From: a virus
DNA: 64,000 nt
Virus record (IMG/VR): IMGVR_UViG_645058813_000003
Location: 7,834-71,833 of that record
Strand: one strand, 5' to 3'
The notes below the pieces were generated by a model, which searched no databases, was not told the origin of the DNA, and saw only the letters and a list, made by a program, of their open reading frames with translations. Shown piece by piece: positions 28,197 to 37,133 of this stretch. The position numbers were made by a program, and so were the translations under genes. Numbering within the stretch: position 1 is the first letter of the stretch; each line of letters opens with the position of its first letter.

Positions 28197-28448
28197 ATGC
28201 TATACAATGTAATAAAAAATCTAATCAATCACAATTATTATGAAAGAGAGGATATGACTAATAAATTAAATGTATTCATGCTAGTTAATCAAATAGCCCA
28301 AGACCAATACTTAGAACTACTTGCTATGATTAATCCAGTTGAAAAGAAAGAGGAAGTTAATGATAAGGTTGAAGAAAAGCCAAAGGATAATATAGAAATA
28401 ACAGAGGATAAGAAAGCAGAAGAAAATACAGAAGTTGTTTCGCAATAG
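28197..28448 (+). CDS. Small tail-associated protein (XkdX-like)
   Basis: IKNLI...KLNVFMLVNQI..DQY.EL pattern. Confidence 0.6.
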   Translation: MLYNVIKNLINHNYYEREDMTNKLNVFMLVNQIAQDQYLELLAMINPVEKKEEVNDKVEEKPKDNIEITEDKKAEENTEVVSQ

Positions 28449-28630
28449 TAAAATATGATGAATATTAAGTGGTATATAAAATAGCAATTTTAATAACTTA
28501 TTAGGGTTGAAAAACGTAGTAAACATGAGTATTTAAGAGAATAAAGAAGTTGTTAGAGACGGTAAATTAGATTTATGGTCTTTTTTATTGTCTCTAAAAT
28601 TAATAATAAAAAAAGAATGGAGTGACATTA

Positions 28631-28778
28631 ATGAAAATAATTTTAAAGGATAAGCTAAAAGAGGCATTGTCTGAGTTATCAAAGGCTTTAAGTAATAAAA
28701 GTAGATATGACGAAAAACTTATGAATATTATATTAGGACAAATTTTAATGTTAAGTGAATTATTAAAAGAGGATTAAG
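28631..28778 (+). CDS. Small hypothetical protein (not in ORF track)
   Basis: GGAGTG RBS; MKIILKDKLKEALSELSKAL...LLKED*; coordinates approximate. Confidence 0.4.
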
Positions 28779-28790
28779 CCCTCTTTTAAT

Positions 28791-29441
28791 TTAATAGTTA
28801 TATCTTATTGTAAAAATAGGATCTTGTTGAATTTCAAAACTAACTATATTTTTATTTACATTACAGATTTGAGTTATTGTCTCATCAGCTACAGATTGTC
28901 CATTAAAATCTTTTGCATCTGTAATAGTTGGATTAATGGTTGCACCTATAGGAGCTATCAATGTAAGTTGAAGTTTTCCACCATTGCAAATTCCTAATCC
29001 ATCAAAAGGTAATAATACCTTGAACTCAAAATTATCTGTTTCTACTGGATAAAGTCTATACTTATAAGAAACTAGATATCTGCAATTGTTATTTTCTAAA
29101 GGTTCAAGTGGAGTAACGTGCATACAGGTTAACATTAAAGCTTTTTCAATGTCGTCTAATAGTTCAGTCATATTATTAGTATCAACATTTTCAGAAAAAC
29201 TATTAATGTCTTGTCTTAATTTACTTTTTAACATTGGGTATATTGGAGTTTTCCCATCTTTTAGTAAAGCTATTGCTTTTGATGGAATATCTTCGATATG
29301 TGGAATAGCCCATTCGTAATCAGTAGAGATAGGTTCATCAGTTTGTATTAACATTGTAACATGTGCAATATCGTAGTCTAGTCCATGTCTTGAAGTTCCA
29401 TGAACAACTGTATTAACATCTTGTAGAATAATATTTGGCAT
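28791..29441 (-). CDS. Hypothetical moron protein, antisense to the late operon
   Basis: 216-aa ORF with AGGAGG RBS; no family recognised. Confidence 0.8.
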   Translation of the reverse strand: MPNIILQDVNTVVHGTSRHGLDYDIAHVTMLIQTDEPISTDYEWAIPHIEDIPSKAIALLKDGKTPIYPMLKSKLRQDINSFSENVDTNNMTELLDDIEKALMLTCMHVTPLEPLENNNCRYLVSYKYRLYPVETDNFEFKVLLPFDGLGICNGGKLQLTLIAPIGATINPTITDAKDFNGQSVADETITQICNVNKNIVSFEIQQDPIFTIRYNY

Positions 29442-29722
29442 TTAAAGCCACCTCCTAAATATTAAATTTATTTCTAATATTAGGATACTATAAAATGTTA
29501 CACTAATCAACAAATATCACAAAGATATTACTTAATATTGTGTCTAAATTTTTGTTACGATTATATACATAGTTATATACATATAGTTTACAAATAATGG
29601 TAAAATATAATTATATATAAAAGGGTATGTTATTAATATACCTATAAAATTTACTTAATTGTAAAATTTTTAATGAAAAAGGTAAATTTTTATTTAAAAA
29701 TGTAAACAAAGGTGGTATAATT

Positions 29723-29947
29723 ATGTTAATAAAAAGATATAAATATGAGAAGATACAATTAAGAAGTAGAGAGGTGAAGAATATGGAAGCTAGAGTAACA
29801 AGAAGATTAGATTTTTCTAAATTGAATTTTTCTAATAGAATTATAAGTAGTGAAGAAGCTTTAAAAGATGTAGAACCTTTCGATTTTGATAAAGAAATAT
29901 TGGCAGGTAATAAAAAAATTATAGTTATTGGATGCAATAAAAAGTAA
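29723..29947 (+). CDS. Small protein, candidate antitoxin (start may be 29782)
   Basis: Directly upstream of PemK-like gene; RBS before MEARV. Confidence 0.5.
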   Translation: MLIKRYKYEKIQLRSREVKNMEARVTRRLDFSKLNFSNRIISSEEALKDVEPFDFDKEILAGNKKIIVIGCNKK

Positions 29948-29970
29948 ATAACGGATGGGACTGAAAATCA

Positions 29971-30387
29971 ATGTGTGAAATTGGAGATATTATAGAAATA
30001 AAATCATATAAACATGATCCTAATGTATTGCATCAGCATCCATTTATAATAATTGATGACAATAATGGTACTATTAAAGGATTAGATTTTAATTTAATAA
30101 CTGTGGTTATGTCTTCTGTTAAAAATGAAGAACAAAAGAACTGGAAATTATCAAAATATCCAAGTAATATGGGAATTAATATTGATGATAAAAATATAAC
30201 AGAACCCAAATATCAAAATAAAAATGGATATGTTAAAACAGAACAATTTTATTATTTTAACAAAGAAAAAATCAAGTATAGATTGGTTGGTTGTGTAACA
30301 CCAGAATATTTAAATGAACTGTATGATTTTATTGAAGGATTAGAGAACAAAGGTATATCTATAGATCAAATAGTAGACAATTTATAG
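29971..30387 (+). CDS. PemK/MazF-like fold protein
   Basis: GDII...HPFIII...TVVMSS...YVKTEQFYYF.KEKI...VG.V..E.L pattern. Confidence 0.55.
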   Translation: MCEIGDIIEIKSYKHDPNVLHQHPFIIIDDNNGTIKGLDFNLITVVMSSVKNEEQKNWKLSKYPSNMGINIDDKNITEPKYQNKNGYVKTEQFYYFNKEKIKYRLVGCVTPEYLNELYDFIEGLENKGISIDQIVDNL

Positions 30388-30499
30388 ATATGTAAATGGA
30401 TTTACATATAGTGATTAAGAACTTGGTACAAGCTGTATTGAGTTCTTTTTTGTATGTAATTATAAATAAATAATATGATTAAAGATTTGTGATTGTACA

Positions 30500-30525
30500 A
30501 GTCTTTTTTATTTGCGTAAAAATAA
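30500..30525 (+). repeat. 26-bp exact repeat, copy 2
   Basis: Identical to 25549-25574; precedes endolysin. Confidence 0.85.
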
Positions 30526-30567
30526 TAGAAATATATTGAAAAATAATGAAAGGAAAGTGATATATAA

Positions 30568-31335
30568 ATGAAAATAGGATTAGATTATGGACATTGTTTA
30601 AGTGGCTCTGATACAGGAGCAGAAGGAAACGGATATAAAGAACAAGATTTAACTAGAAAAGTAGGTAAATTAGTAAAACAAAAATTAGAAAGCTTAGGTT
30701 ATACAGTAATAGAACTTGCTGTAGATTATTCCAATTCAGTTAATGAAAGTTTAAATGCAAGAATAAATAAAGCAAATAATAATAGTGTAGAATGGTGTGT
30801 TTCAATTCATTTAAATTGTGGAGGGGGACATGGAACAGAGGTGTTTACATATGGAGCAAAAGAAATAACAGAAGCTAGAAATATATTAAATAATATTTGT
30901 TCCTTAGGATATACAAACAGAGGTATAAAAGATGGTAGCAATTTAGCTATGGTAAGAAGACCACAGGCAAAAGCAATGTTAATAGAATTATGCTTTATAG
31001 ATAGCTCATCTGATATGAATAGTTTTAATGCTGATAATATGGCTAATGCAATTGTAAAAGGATTAACTGGGCAAACTGTAAATAGTAATAGTGGTACATG
31101 GAAACAAGATACTATAGGTTGGTGGTATGCATATTCTAATGGAAGTTATCCTAAATCACAATGGTTTAAAGTAGGACAAGACTGGTATTATGCAGATGAA
31201 AAAGGATATTGTTATCAAAACAGGTGGTTAAAACATAAAGATAATTGGTATTATTTTAAGGATAATTGTAAGATGACTACGAATGAAACATTAACATATA
31301 AATTTAATAGCAATGGAGAGTGGATTAATGGATAG
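30568..31335 (+). CDS. Endolysin: N-acetylmuramoyl-L-alanine amidase (Amidase_3) plus cell-wall-binding repeats
   Basis: LDYGH..., E, SIHLN, LIELCFID; C-terminal WYY-type repeats. Confidence 0.95.
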   Translation: MKIGLDYGHCLSGSDTGAEGNGYKEQDLTRKVGKLVKQKLESLGYTVIELAVDYSNSVNESLNARINKANNNSVEWCVSIHLNCGGGHGTEVFTYGAKEITEARNILNNICSLGYTNRGIKDGSNLAMVRRPQAKAMLIELCFIDSSSDMNSFNADNMANAIVKGLTGQTVNSNSGTWKQDTIGWWYAYSNGSYPKSQWFKVGQDWYYADEKGYCYQNRWLKHKDNWYYFKDNCKMTTNETLTYKFNSNGEWING

Positions 31336-31498
31336 ATTATATAAATTATTAAGTGCTAGGTTTTTAGTTGTATTACTGACTACCCTAGCATTTTGTTATT
31401 TAGCAGTAACTAAGTCTTTAACAACAGAATTTACTACAATATACATAGTAATAATTAATTATTATTTCTATAAAGAAAGACAAACAAAAGAAGGGTAG
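31313..31498 (+). CDS. Holin-like two-TM protein (likely start 31328)
   Basis: LLSARFLVVLL...FTTIYIVIINYYF. Confidence 0.7.
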   Translation: MESGLMDRLYKLLSARFLVVLLTTLAFCYLAVTKSLTTEFTTIYIVIINYYFYKERQTKEG

Positions 31499-31509
31499 GT
31501 GGTAAATAT

Positions 31510-31695
31510 ATGGGATTAGAAGAAAATACAGTACAAAATATTTTACAGAGATTAACTAAAATAGAAACTTTGTTAGAGGTAGATGTAAAAAACTTAGAAG
31601 CAAGAGTTTCTAAGTTAGAAGGTAACTCAACATGGTTATGGAGAACAATAGGTGGGGCAATAGTTGGAGCTTTAGGAGTTTTAATATTTAAATAA
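31510..31695 (+). CDS. XhlA-like holin/hemolysin
   Basis: RLTKIETLL...RVSKLE...WLWRTIGGAIV. Confidence 0.8.
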   Translation: MGLEENTVQNILQRLTKIETLLEVDVKNLEARVSKLEGNSTWLWRTIGGAIVGALGVLIFK

Positions 31696-31752
31696 AGTAA
31701 AATAGGACAATGCAAATTACACCGTCATCTGAGTGTTTCTTCAAAATAACTA

Positions 31753-31781
31753 TTGCATTTTATTGTAAAAAGTTATATTAT
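31753..31781 (+). promoter_or_regulatory. Candidate sigmaA promoter pointing across the right junction
   Basis: TTGCAT-17 nt-TATTAT. Confidence 0.4.
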
Positions 31782-31899
31782 TATACCAATAAATAAATTA
31801 GAGATTAAGCCAATATATTAAGCGTATAAACTATTAATTTATTGGGTTAGAAATTTATAATAATTAGGACGGTTAAACGTAGTAATATCAAAGCTTTAG

Positions 31900-32013
31900 G
31901 CTATTAATAAGCTATTCGGATATACTATTCACAACGATAAGGGCAAGCCTACAAATAGTGAATTTATAGCAATTATTGCTGATAAATTAAGACTTAAAAA
32001 TAAAGTATCATAG
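31900..32013 (+). pseudogene. spo0A: Orphan 3' fragment of spo0A (last 37 codons) at the prophage right junction
   Basis: [37 protein letters not shown] is the conserved Spo0A C-terminus; in-frame TAG immediately upstream, no start codon; spoIIM-xerD downstream fits the usual clostridial neighbourhood. Confidence 0.92.
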
Positions 32014-32099
32014 TAATATTTTACTAGGCTGAGTATATATAATTTTTATAAAATATAGCCAACAAATATTATTTTATACCAATAAATATATGAATATTC

Positions 32100-32157
32100 A
32101 ATAAGACATCATTTAATCAGTTTTTAATGAGAATTGATTATGGTGTCTTATTTTTTT
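32100..32157 (+). terminator. Terminator downstream of spo0A
   Basis: AATAAGACATCAT...ATGGTGTCTTATT-TTTTT long hairpin. Confidence 0.75.
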
Positions 32158-32318
32158 GTTTCAAAATAGGAGTATTTGTGTTTATATAGAAAATTTTATA
32201 AAGAAGAAACAAAAGAAATATTATTAATTATATATGTTAATAAGTATATTCTAATATTGAGGTTTGTACAGTTTAAGTAATAATGGGATATATAAAATAA
32301 TACTTTAATAGTGTAAAA

Positions 32319-32666
32319 TCAATTCCTATATGAAAGCAATGATACTACAAATTTAGAATCTTGATAAAGATCATAATAAATTTGTTCTCCATCTAATTTT
32401 TTTATAAATTTGTTTCCATAGTAGTTCTTTATAAAACCTAAACTTGTTTTACTAGAATCTAATGTATATTTAATTTGTTTACCATCAAAAGTAAGAATTC
32501 TAAATTCAGGTTCTCCTTCTATAGTAAAAACTAAAACATTTATACTATATGCTCTACCAAATAATACATTATCAAAAAATTCACATACAGGCAATTTATT
32601 ATCGATGATGCCAATACTACTTATAGTTGAATCTATAGAAAATCTTTTTAATAAAAATTTAAGCAT
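32319..32666 (-). CDS. DUF4362-like protein
   Basis: TIEGEPEFRILTFDGKQIKYTLD resembles the DUF4362 signature as recalled. Confidence 0.5.
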   Translation of the reverse strand: MLKFLLKRFSIDSTISSIGIIDNKLPVCEFFDNVLFGRAYSINVLVFTIEGEPEFRILTFDGKQIKYTLDSSKTSLGFIKNYYGNKFIKKLDGEQIYYDLYQDSKFVVSLLSYRN

Positions 32667-33163
32667 AATAACCTCTTTTAATCTTGATAATACTTAATAT
32701 ATAGAATTGGTTTATTTTATGTGATCAAAACATGACTATTTTGATATAAGTAAATAAGTGTATATGATATTTGATTTTGTGGATTTTAGAAAATAATAGA
32801 ATACTAAATTAAAAGTATATCAACAAAGTGGAATACTCAAAACAAAGTGATTATTTTGGAATTTATTGAAAAATATAAGGTATAAAATAATTATGTGAAT
32901 TGTGAGCTTATGGTTTTTAATGATATAGAATTATTGGTTGAAAATGATTATGTTAGAATCAGCTATAAGAATGGAATTATATACTTCAAGAGCTAAGAGG
33001 TTATTTTTAAATCTTTTAATTTTCATGTAAATAGTTATTGATTATTTCACTAGAGTTAGTAATGATGTGATGGAAGTAAATGAAATATATTCGAAAGAAA
33101 TTAGTAATAATACTTGTGTTGAATGTTAAAAAATATTGTTTTAAAAGATAAAAAATAATAAAA

Positions 33164-33170
33164 TGTCGAA
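33164..33170 (+). promoter_or_regulatory. Consensus 0A box
   Basis: TGTCGAA upstream of TATAAT and small ORF; a 7-mer alone is weak evidence. Confidence 0.3.
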
Positions 33171-33187
33171 ATTTATCAACAAATATC

Positions 33188-33412
33188 TTGGAAATATGTT
33201 ATAATATTTATAGATATAAACCAAGGAGGAAAAAAATGATAAAAGAATGTAAAAAAGGCTATGATGTAAATATAAGAAAATTTGGAGTTCAAACAAATGT
33301 AATTTTACCATTTGCATCTATTAATAGTGATGGCACAAGCTCTGTAAGATGTAAAACTGATAATTGTGAATTCATTAATGTATGCGAATATAAAGATTAT
33401 ATAAAAGATTAA
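33188..33412 (+). CDS. Small Cys-containing hypothetical (likely start 33236)
   Basis: AGGAGG RBS before MIKEC. Confidence 0.6.
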   Translation: MEICYNIYRYKPRRKKMIKECKKGYDVNIRKFGVQTNVILPFASINSDGTSSVRCKTDNCEFINVCEYKDYIKD

Positions 33413-33599
33413 GATAAGATCTTTCTTTTTATTTTAAATAAAAATATTTTTAATTGTATATAGTAATTTGAGAAGATGATCCTAATATAAGGGACATCTT
33501 CTTTTTATTTTAAGAGTAGATAGGAATAGCATATAGTATGTATCAGATATTTAAACTTTGTGTAATATAATATTAAAATCAATAATTATAAGGTGAAGT

Positions 33600-34235
33600 A
33601 TGGATTTTAATAATTTTAGCGGAATTGAAGAATTTTTGAATTATTTAGGATATGAAAAAATTACAGAAGATGATGATGAATCAACAGAATCCAATGAATC
33701 AAGCGATGAAAGCGATACAAGCAATTGCGGGTGTAAAATAGATCCAACAGCAGGGGCAAGTACAGACTGGTGTGCTAAGTTGAATTTAGATATACCAGGA
33801 GGGTTTCAAGATATAAATCCAATATTGTTTATAACCTTAGGAGAAGTTGTAGGAAATATTATTTCTGGACAGTTACCTTATAATGTTGCTAATATTATAT
33901 CTAATCTTATTATTCTTGTCGGTCAAATAATAGAAACTTGTGGTACTCAGCAACAGTATTACGAGATAGGGCCAGGACGGTATTTTAATTGCGCGTATAA
34001 AAATATTGAAAATCCTTTTTGTGATTTTGATGTGGATAAAAAAAAGGAGTCAAGTAATACCAGTGATTTAATTAAAGATGAAAACTTGAAAAGAGATAAA
34101 GACTCAATACAAATATTTAAAAATATAAATGATATATATTTAAAATTAGAAAATTTTAAATTTGAATTTAATAAGATATCAACTAAAATCAATGAATTAG
34201 AAAAAAGAATAGAAAAGATGGAAAATAGTAAATAG
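33600..34235 (+). CDS. Hypothetical protein, paralog 1
   Basis: Shares CKIDPTAGAST...GFQD..P...GE...LVGQ.IET...QQQY.E.GPGRY with next gene. Confidence 0.85.
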   Translation: MDFNNFSGIEEFLNYLGYEKITEDDDESTESNESSDESDTSNCGCKIDPTAGASTDWCAKLNLDIPGGFQDINPILFITLGEVVGNIISGQLPYNVANIISNLIILVGQIIETCGTQQQYYEIGPGRYFNCAYKNIENPFCDFDVDKKKESSNTSDLIKDENLKRDKDSIQIFKNINDIYLKLENFKFEFNKISTKINELEKRIEKMENSK

Positions 34236-34335
34236 ATTAATAGTAAAGGTTACTTATAGAATTAATATTAGATTTTTATATGGATAGATAAAAGATAAAT
34301 TGTAATAGTTTTTATAAATTATATATAGGTGAAGT

Positions 34336-34884
34336 ATGAATAATAATAGTTTTTATGATTTAGATGAGATATTAAAGCAGCTTGGCTATAAAAAGTGTAA
34401 AAATAATAATTCGGATAGTAATTGTAAAGAAAAAGATGAAGAAACAGAGTGCAAAATTGATCCAACTGCTGGAGCAAGTACAAATGACTGTCAAAATTTA
34501 AACTTAGATATGCCACATGGATTTCAAGACTTAGATCCTATGTTAATGCTAGTTATTGGAGAATTAATAGCAAATGTAATATCTAGTAAATTACCGTCTA
34601 GCTTATTAAATGCTTATGGAAACTGGCTACAATTAGTAGGACAAGTAATTGAAACATTTAATGCACAACAGCAGTATCAAGAATGTGGCCCTGGAAGGTA
34701 CTATAATCCAATGTATAAAAATGTGGCTAATCCATTTTGCTCAAATGAGAATGTAAAATTTGAAAAAGAAGGGAAAAGTCATAAAAGAAGAGAAAAAAAT
34801 AATTATGATAATATAAAAACTTTAACTTTAAGGATAGATCAATTGGAAAAAGAGATAGAAGAATTAAAGAAAAAATCTAAATAA
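34336..34884 (+). CDS. Hypothetical protein, paralog 2
   Basis: As above; C-terminal coiled coil; terminator at 34887-34920. Confidence 0.85.
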   Translation: MNNNSFYDLDEILKQLGYKKCKNNNSDSNCKEKDEETECKIDPTAGASTNDCQNLNLDMPHGFQDLDPMLMLVIGELIANVISSKLPSSLLNAYGNWLQLVGQVIETFNAQQQYQECGPGRYYNPMYKNVANPFCSNENVKFEKEGKSHKRREKNNYDNIKTLTLRIDQLEKEIEELKKKSK

Positions 34885-34929
34885 AAACCTCTAATGAGTA
34901 TTTTACATTAGAGGTATTTTAAAGTTGAA

Positions 34930-35400
34930 TTATTCAGTAGAGTTTTTATTTATATCCATAGCTTCTAATTGAAGAAAAGATTGAAGTCTAATAAAATTAG
35001 CATAAATACTTAATAAATATGAAAATTCAATACCCAAAAAGGCATTTAAATTAATATCTTCATCTGTATTATTAATTTTAAACTTCGCCTCTTTTACTCT
35101 TTCAGCAGAAACTATCCATAAAATTGTATATCCTATTAAATTTAATTTTTGTCCTGATACAAAAACACTAAAAGGAACTATGCCAGAATCATTTACATCT
35201 AAGGCATCTGCAATATCTAAATTTGCTGCACTTAAAAAAGTAGAATAACCTATAGCTAGAAAGGTAGCACCAATTTTTTCAAGATTAGGTAAAGTAATAT
35301 CTAGGTTTTTAAGAAAAGCATCTATGTTATCTGTACTGTTTTCGCTATTGTTTTTTTTAGATTCAGTATCAGTATTATTATCACAATTCTTATAGTTCAT
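34930..35400 (-). CDS. Hypothetical hydrophobic protein (possibly spore-associated)
   Basis: GGAGG RBS; CATATATT sigmaE/K-like -10 upstream on the minus strand. Confidence 0.7.
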   Translation of the reverse strand: MNYKNCDNNTDTESKKNNSENSTDNIDAFLKNLDITLPNLEKIGATFLAIGYSTFLSAANLDIADALDVNDSGIVPFSVFVSGQKLNLIGYTILWIVSAERVKEAKFKINNTDEDINLNAFLGIEFSYLLSIYANFIRLQSFLQLEAMDINKNSTE

Positions 35401-35777
35401 TTATACCTCCACAAAAAGAGATTCACAATAATATATGATAATAAAAAAATATACGTACATATGAATTTTAATATAATAAGAAATTAGAACTAATTACTTC
35501 TTTAATTATACATATGTTTAAAGAAAATCTAACTTATAAATAAGAGGGGCCGTATCAAAATAAATTATTATAAAAAAATATTTTTTAATAGCTCTAAACA
35601 TATTAGAAAGTATTAAATAAAATTTGGTATAAAACAGAGAAGAGACTTCACATATTGCATTTTTATGCATTATGTGATAGTCCCTTTTAATTTTAAATAA
35701 TACTAATTAAATACAAAGTAATATGAAAATTAGTATTATAATGTATTATATTTAGATATTAACAAGCAAATTTAAAT

Positions 35778-36383
35778 TTATTCAATATCATCGAAATAAT
35801 TCATATAAGGTTGATCATTATATAAATTTAAAGCTTTATTTTTTCCAAGTTCAATTTTTTCTTCTATATATAATGCTTCATCTGTAAATAAATAATCAAG
35901 GTCCATATCCTCGCACCAAAGATACTTAGCATAGATAATTAATTCATCTATAGATATAGATGAACATCTTATTATATTCTCATCTAGATTTTCTAATTTA
36001 ATTTCTGCATTAAGATAACCATTCGGTATTTTTCCATCAAAACTAGAGTTGCCTTTTATGATTACTTCATCAGATAATTCAATACCTCTAGTAGAAAATC
36101 TTATTATAGGCTTTTCACACCAAGAATAAGGGTATGAAAGTAAATTAAATTCTTCAGGTTTTATGGCTACAAATTCAATATCATTTGTTTCTTCATTAGA
36201 ACATGTATATATTGAACCAGAAGTTCTAGCTTGAAGGTATAAAAGATTTTCTTTTTCATCTCCGTTATTAAAACAAAACCAAGTTTCATAAAAATGTTCA
36301 TTTGTAATGTAAATATTCAATATTTTCACCTCATTAATTATATTTATATAAATTAAAAATGTATTAGTTTTAAAAATTAACAT
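35778..36383 (-). CDS. Hypothetical protein (true start probably downstream)
   Basis: 201-aa ORF; RBS nearer the internal ILNIY start. Confidence 0.65.
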   Translation of the reverse strand: MLIFKTNTFLIYINIINEVKILNIYITNEHFYETWFCFNNGDEKENLLYLQARTSGSIYTCSNEETNDIEFVAIKPEEFNLLSYPYSWCEKPIIRFSTRGIELSDEVIIKGNSSFDGKIPNGYLNAEIKLENLDENIIRCSSISIDELIIYAKYLWCEDMDLDYLFTDEALYIEEKIELGKNKALNLYNDQPYMNYFDDIE

Positions 36384-36602
36384 TTACTTTAAGATAATAA
36401 TTTTTTTAGAATAAAGTTAATCCTAGTCTAGTGTACATAAAATAATATTGACATGCAATATAGAAACCTTTACCATATGAGTATAAGACTTCTAATTATA
36501 CTTTATAAAAGTATAATTATTTAAATTTAACTTGTCAATTGTTAAAATGAAATTGTTTATACCATGTAAGAAAGAGTAATGGAAAAGAGAGGGGATTAAA
36601 TT

Positions 36603-37025
36603 ATGAATTCAAAAAAATATGGTCAAGATGTGTTTATTGAAAAAATAAATGAATTAAAGAATAAAGAAAATTTCACTTTAGATGATGGGATTAAATCTAT
36701 AAAAAATTTATATGATATTAAAGATGAATGTGAATTACTTTCTATAAGAGATACAATAGACATTGTTATTCTTAAAATAGCAGAAAAAATATCTTTTAGT
36801 AAAATAGCAGTAAATATATTTAAATATAAAAAATTTAGAAGTAAATTGTCTGTAGATCAAAATAAAATAATCTGGTATGAGGGTGTTGAACGTGTGGGAT
36901 CAGCAGATGGAATAAAGCAAGTTATTTTTAGAGAAACAGATAATATGGAAGAAATTTTAATAGAAAAATTTAATGGAAGATCAATAAGAATTAATGAGAA
37001 AGCTTTTATTTTAGGATGGGAATAA
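36603..37025 (+). CDS. Hypothetical protein
   Basis: 140-aa ORF, GAGGGG RBS. Confidence 0.75.
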   Translation: MNSKKYGQDVFIEKINELKNKENFTLDDGIKSIKNLYDIKDECELLSIRDTIDIVILKIAEKISFSKIAVNIFKYKKFRSKLSVDQNKIIWYEGVERVGSADGIKQVIFRETDNMEEILIEKFNGRSIRINEKAFILGWE

Positions 37026-37133
37026 ATTAAAACTTATGTGATTTAAGATAGGAATTAATCCTATCTTAATATTTAAAAATAAATTGGTATCGTTACCAAA
37101 GCATAATTTTAGTGAATTAAGGAGAGGATAATA

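Larger units (their letters stand above)
1..31899 (+). mobile_element. Prophage 1 (right portion; temperate siphovirus with YonO-like RNAP). Left end lies outside the window
   Basis: Co-oriented HNH-terS-terL-portal-protease-capsid-tail-tape measure-lysis genes; phage-type sequence stops at the spo0A fragment at 31,900. Confidence 0.93.

Noticed and set aside
32764-32997. Broken small ORF (MIFDFVDFRKYKNTK...)
   Set aside because: Short and interrupted by stops or frameshifts with no recognisable family; cannot support even a pseudogene call.
35546-35684. Possible IS/MITE ends (GGGGCCGTATCA ... TGATAGTCCC)
   Set aside because: Poor inverted-repeat match, no transposase or target duplication; the right part is explained by a local hairpin.
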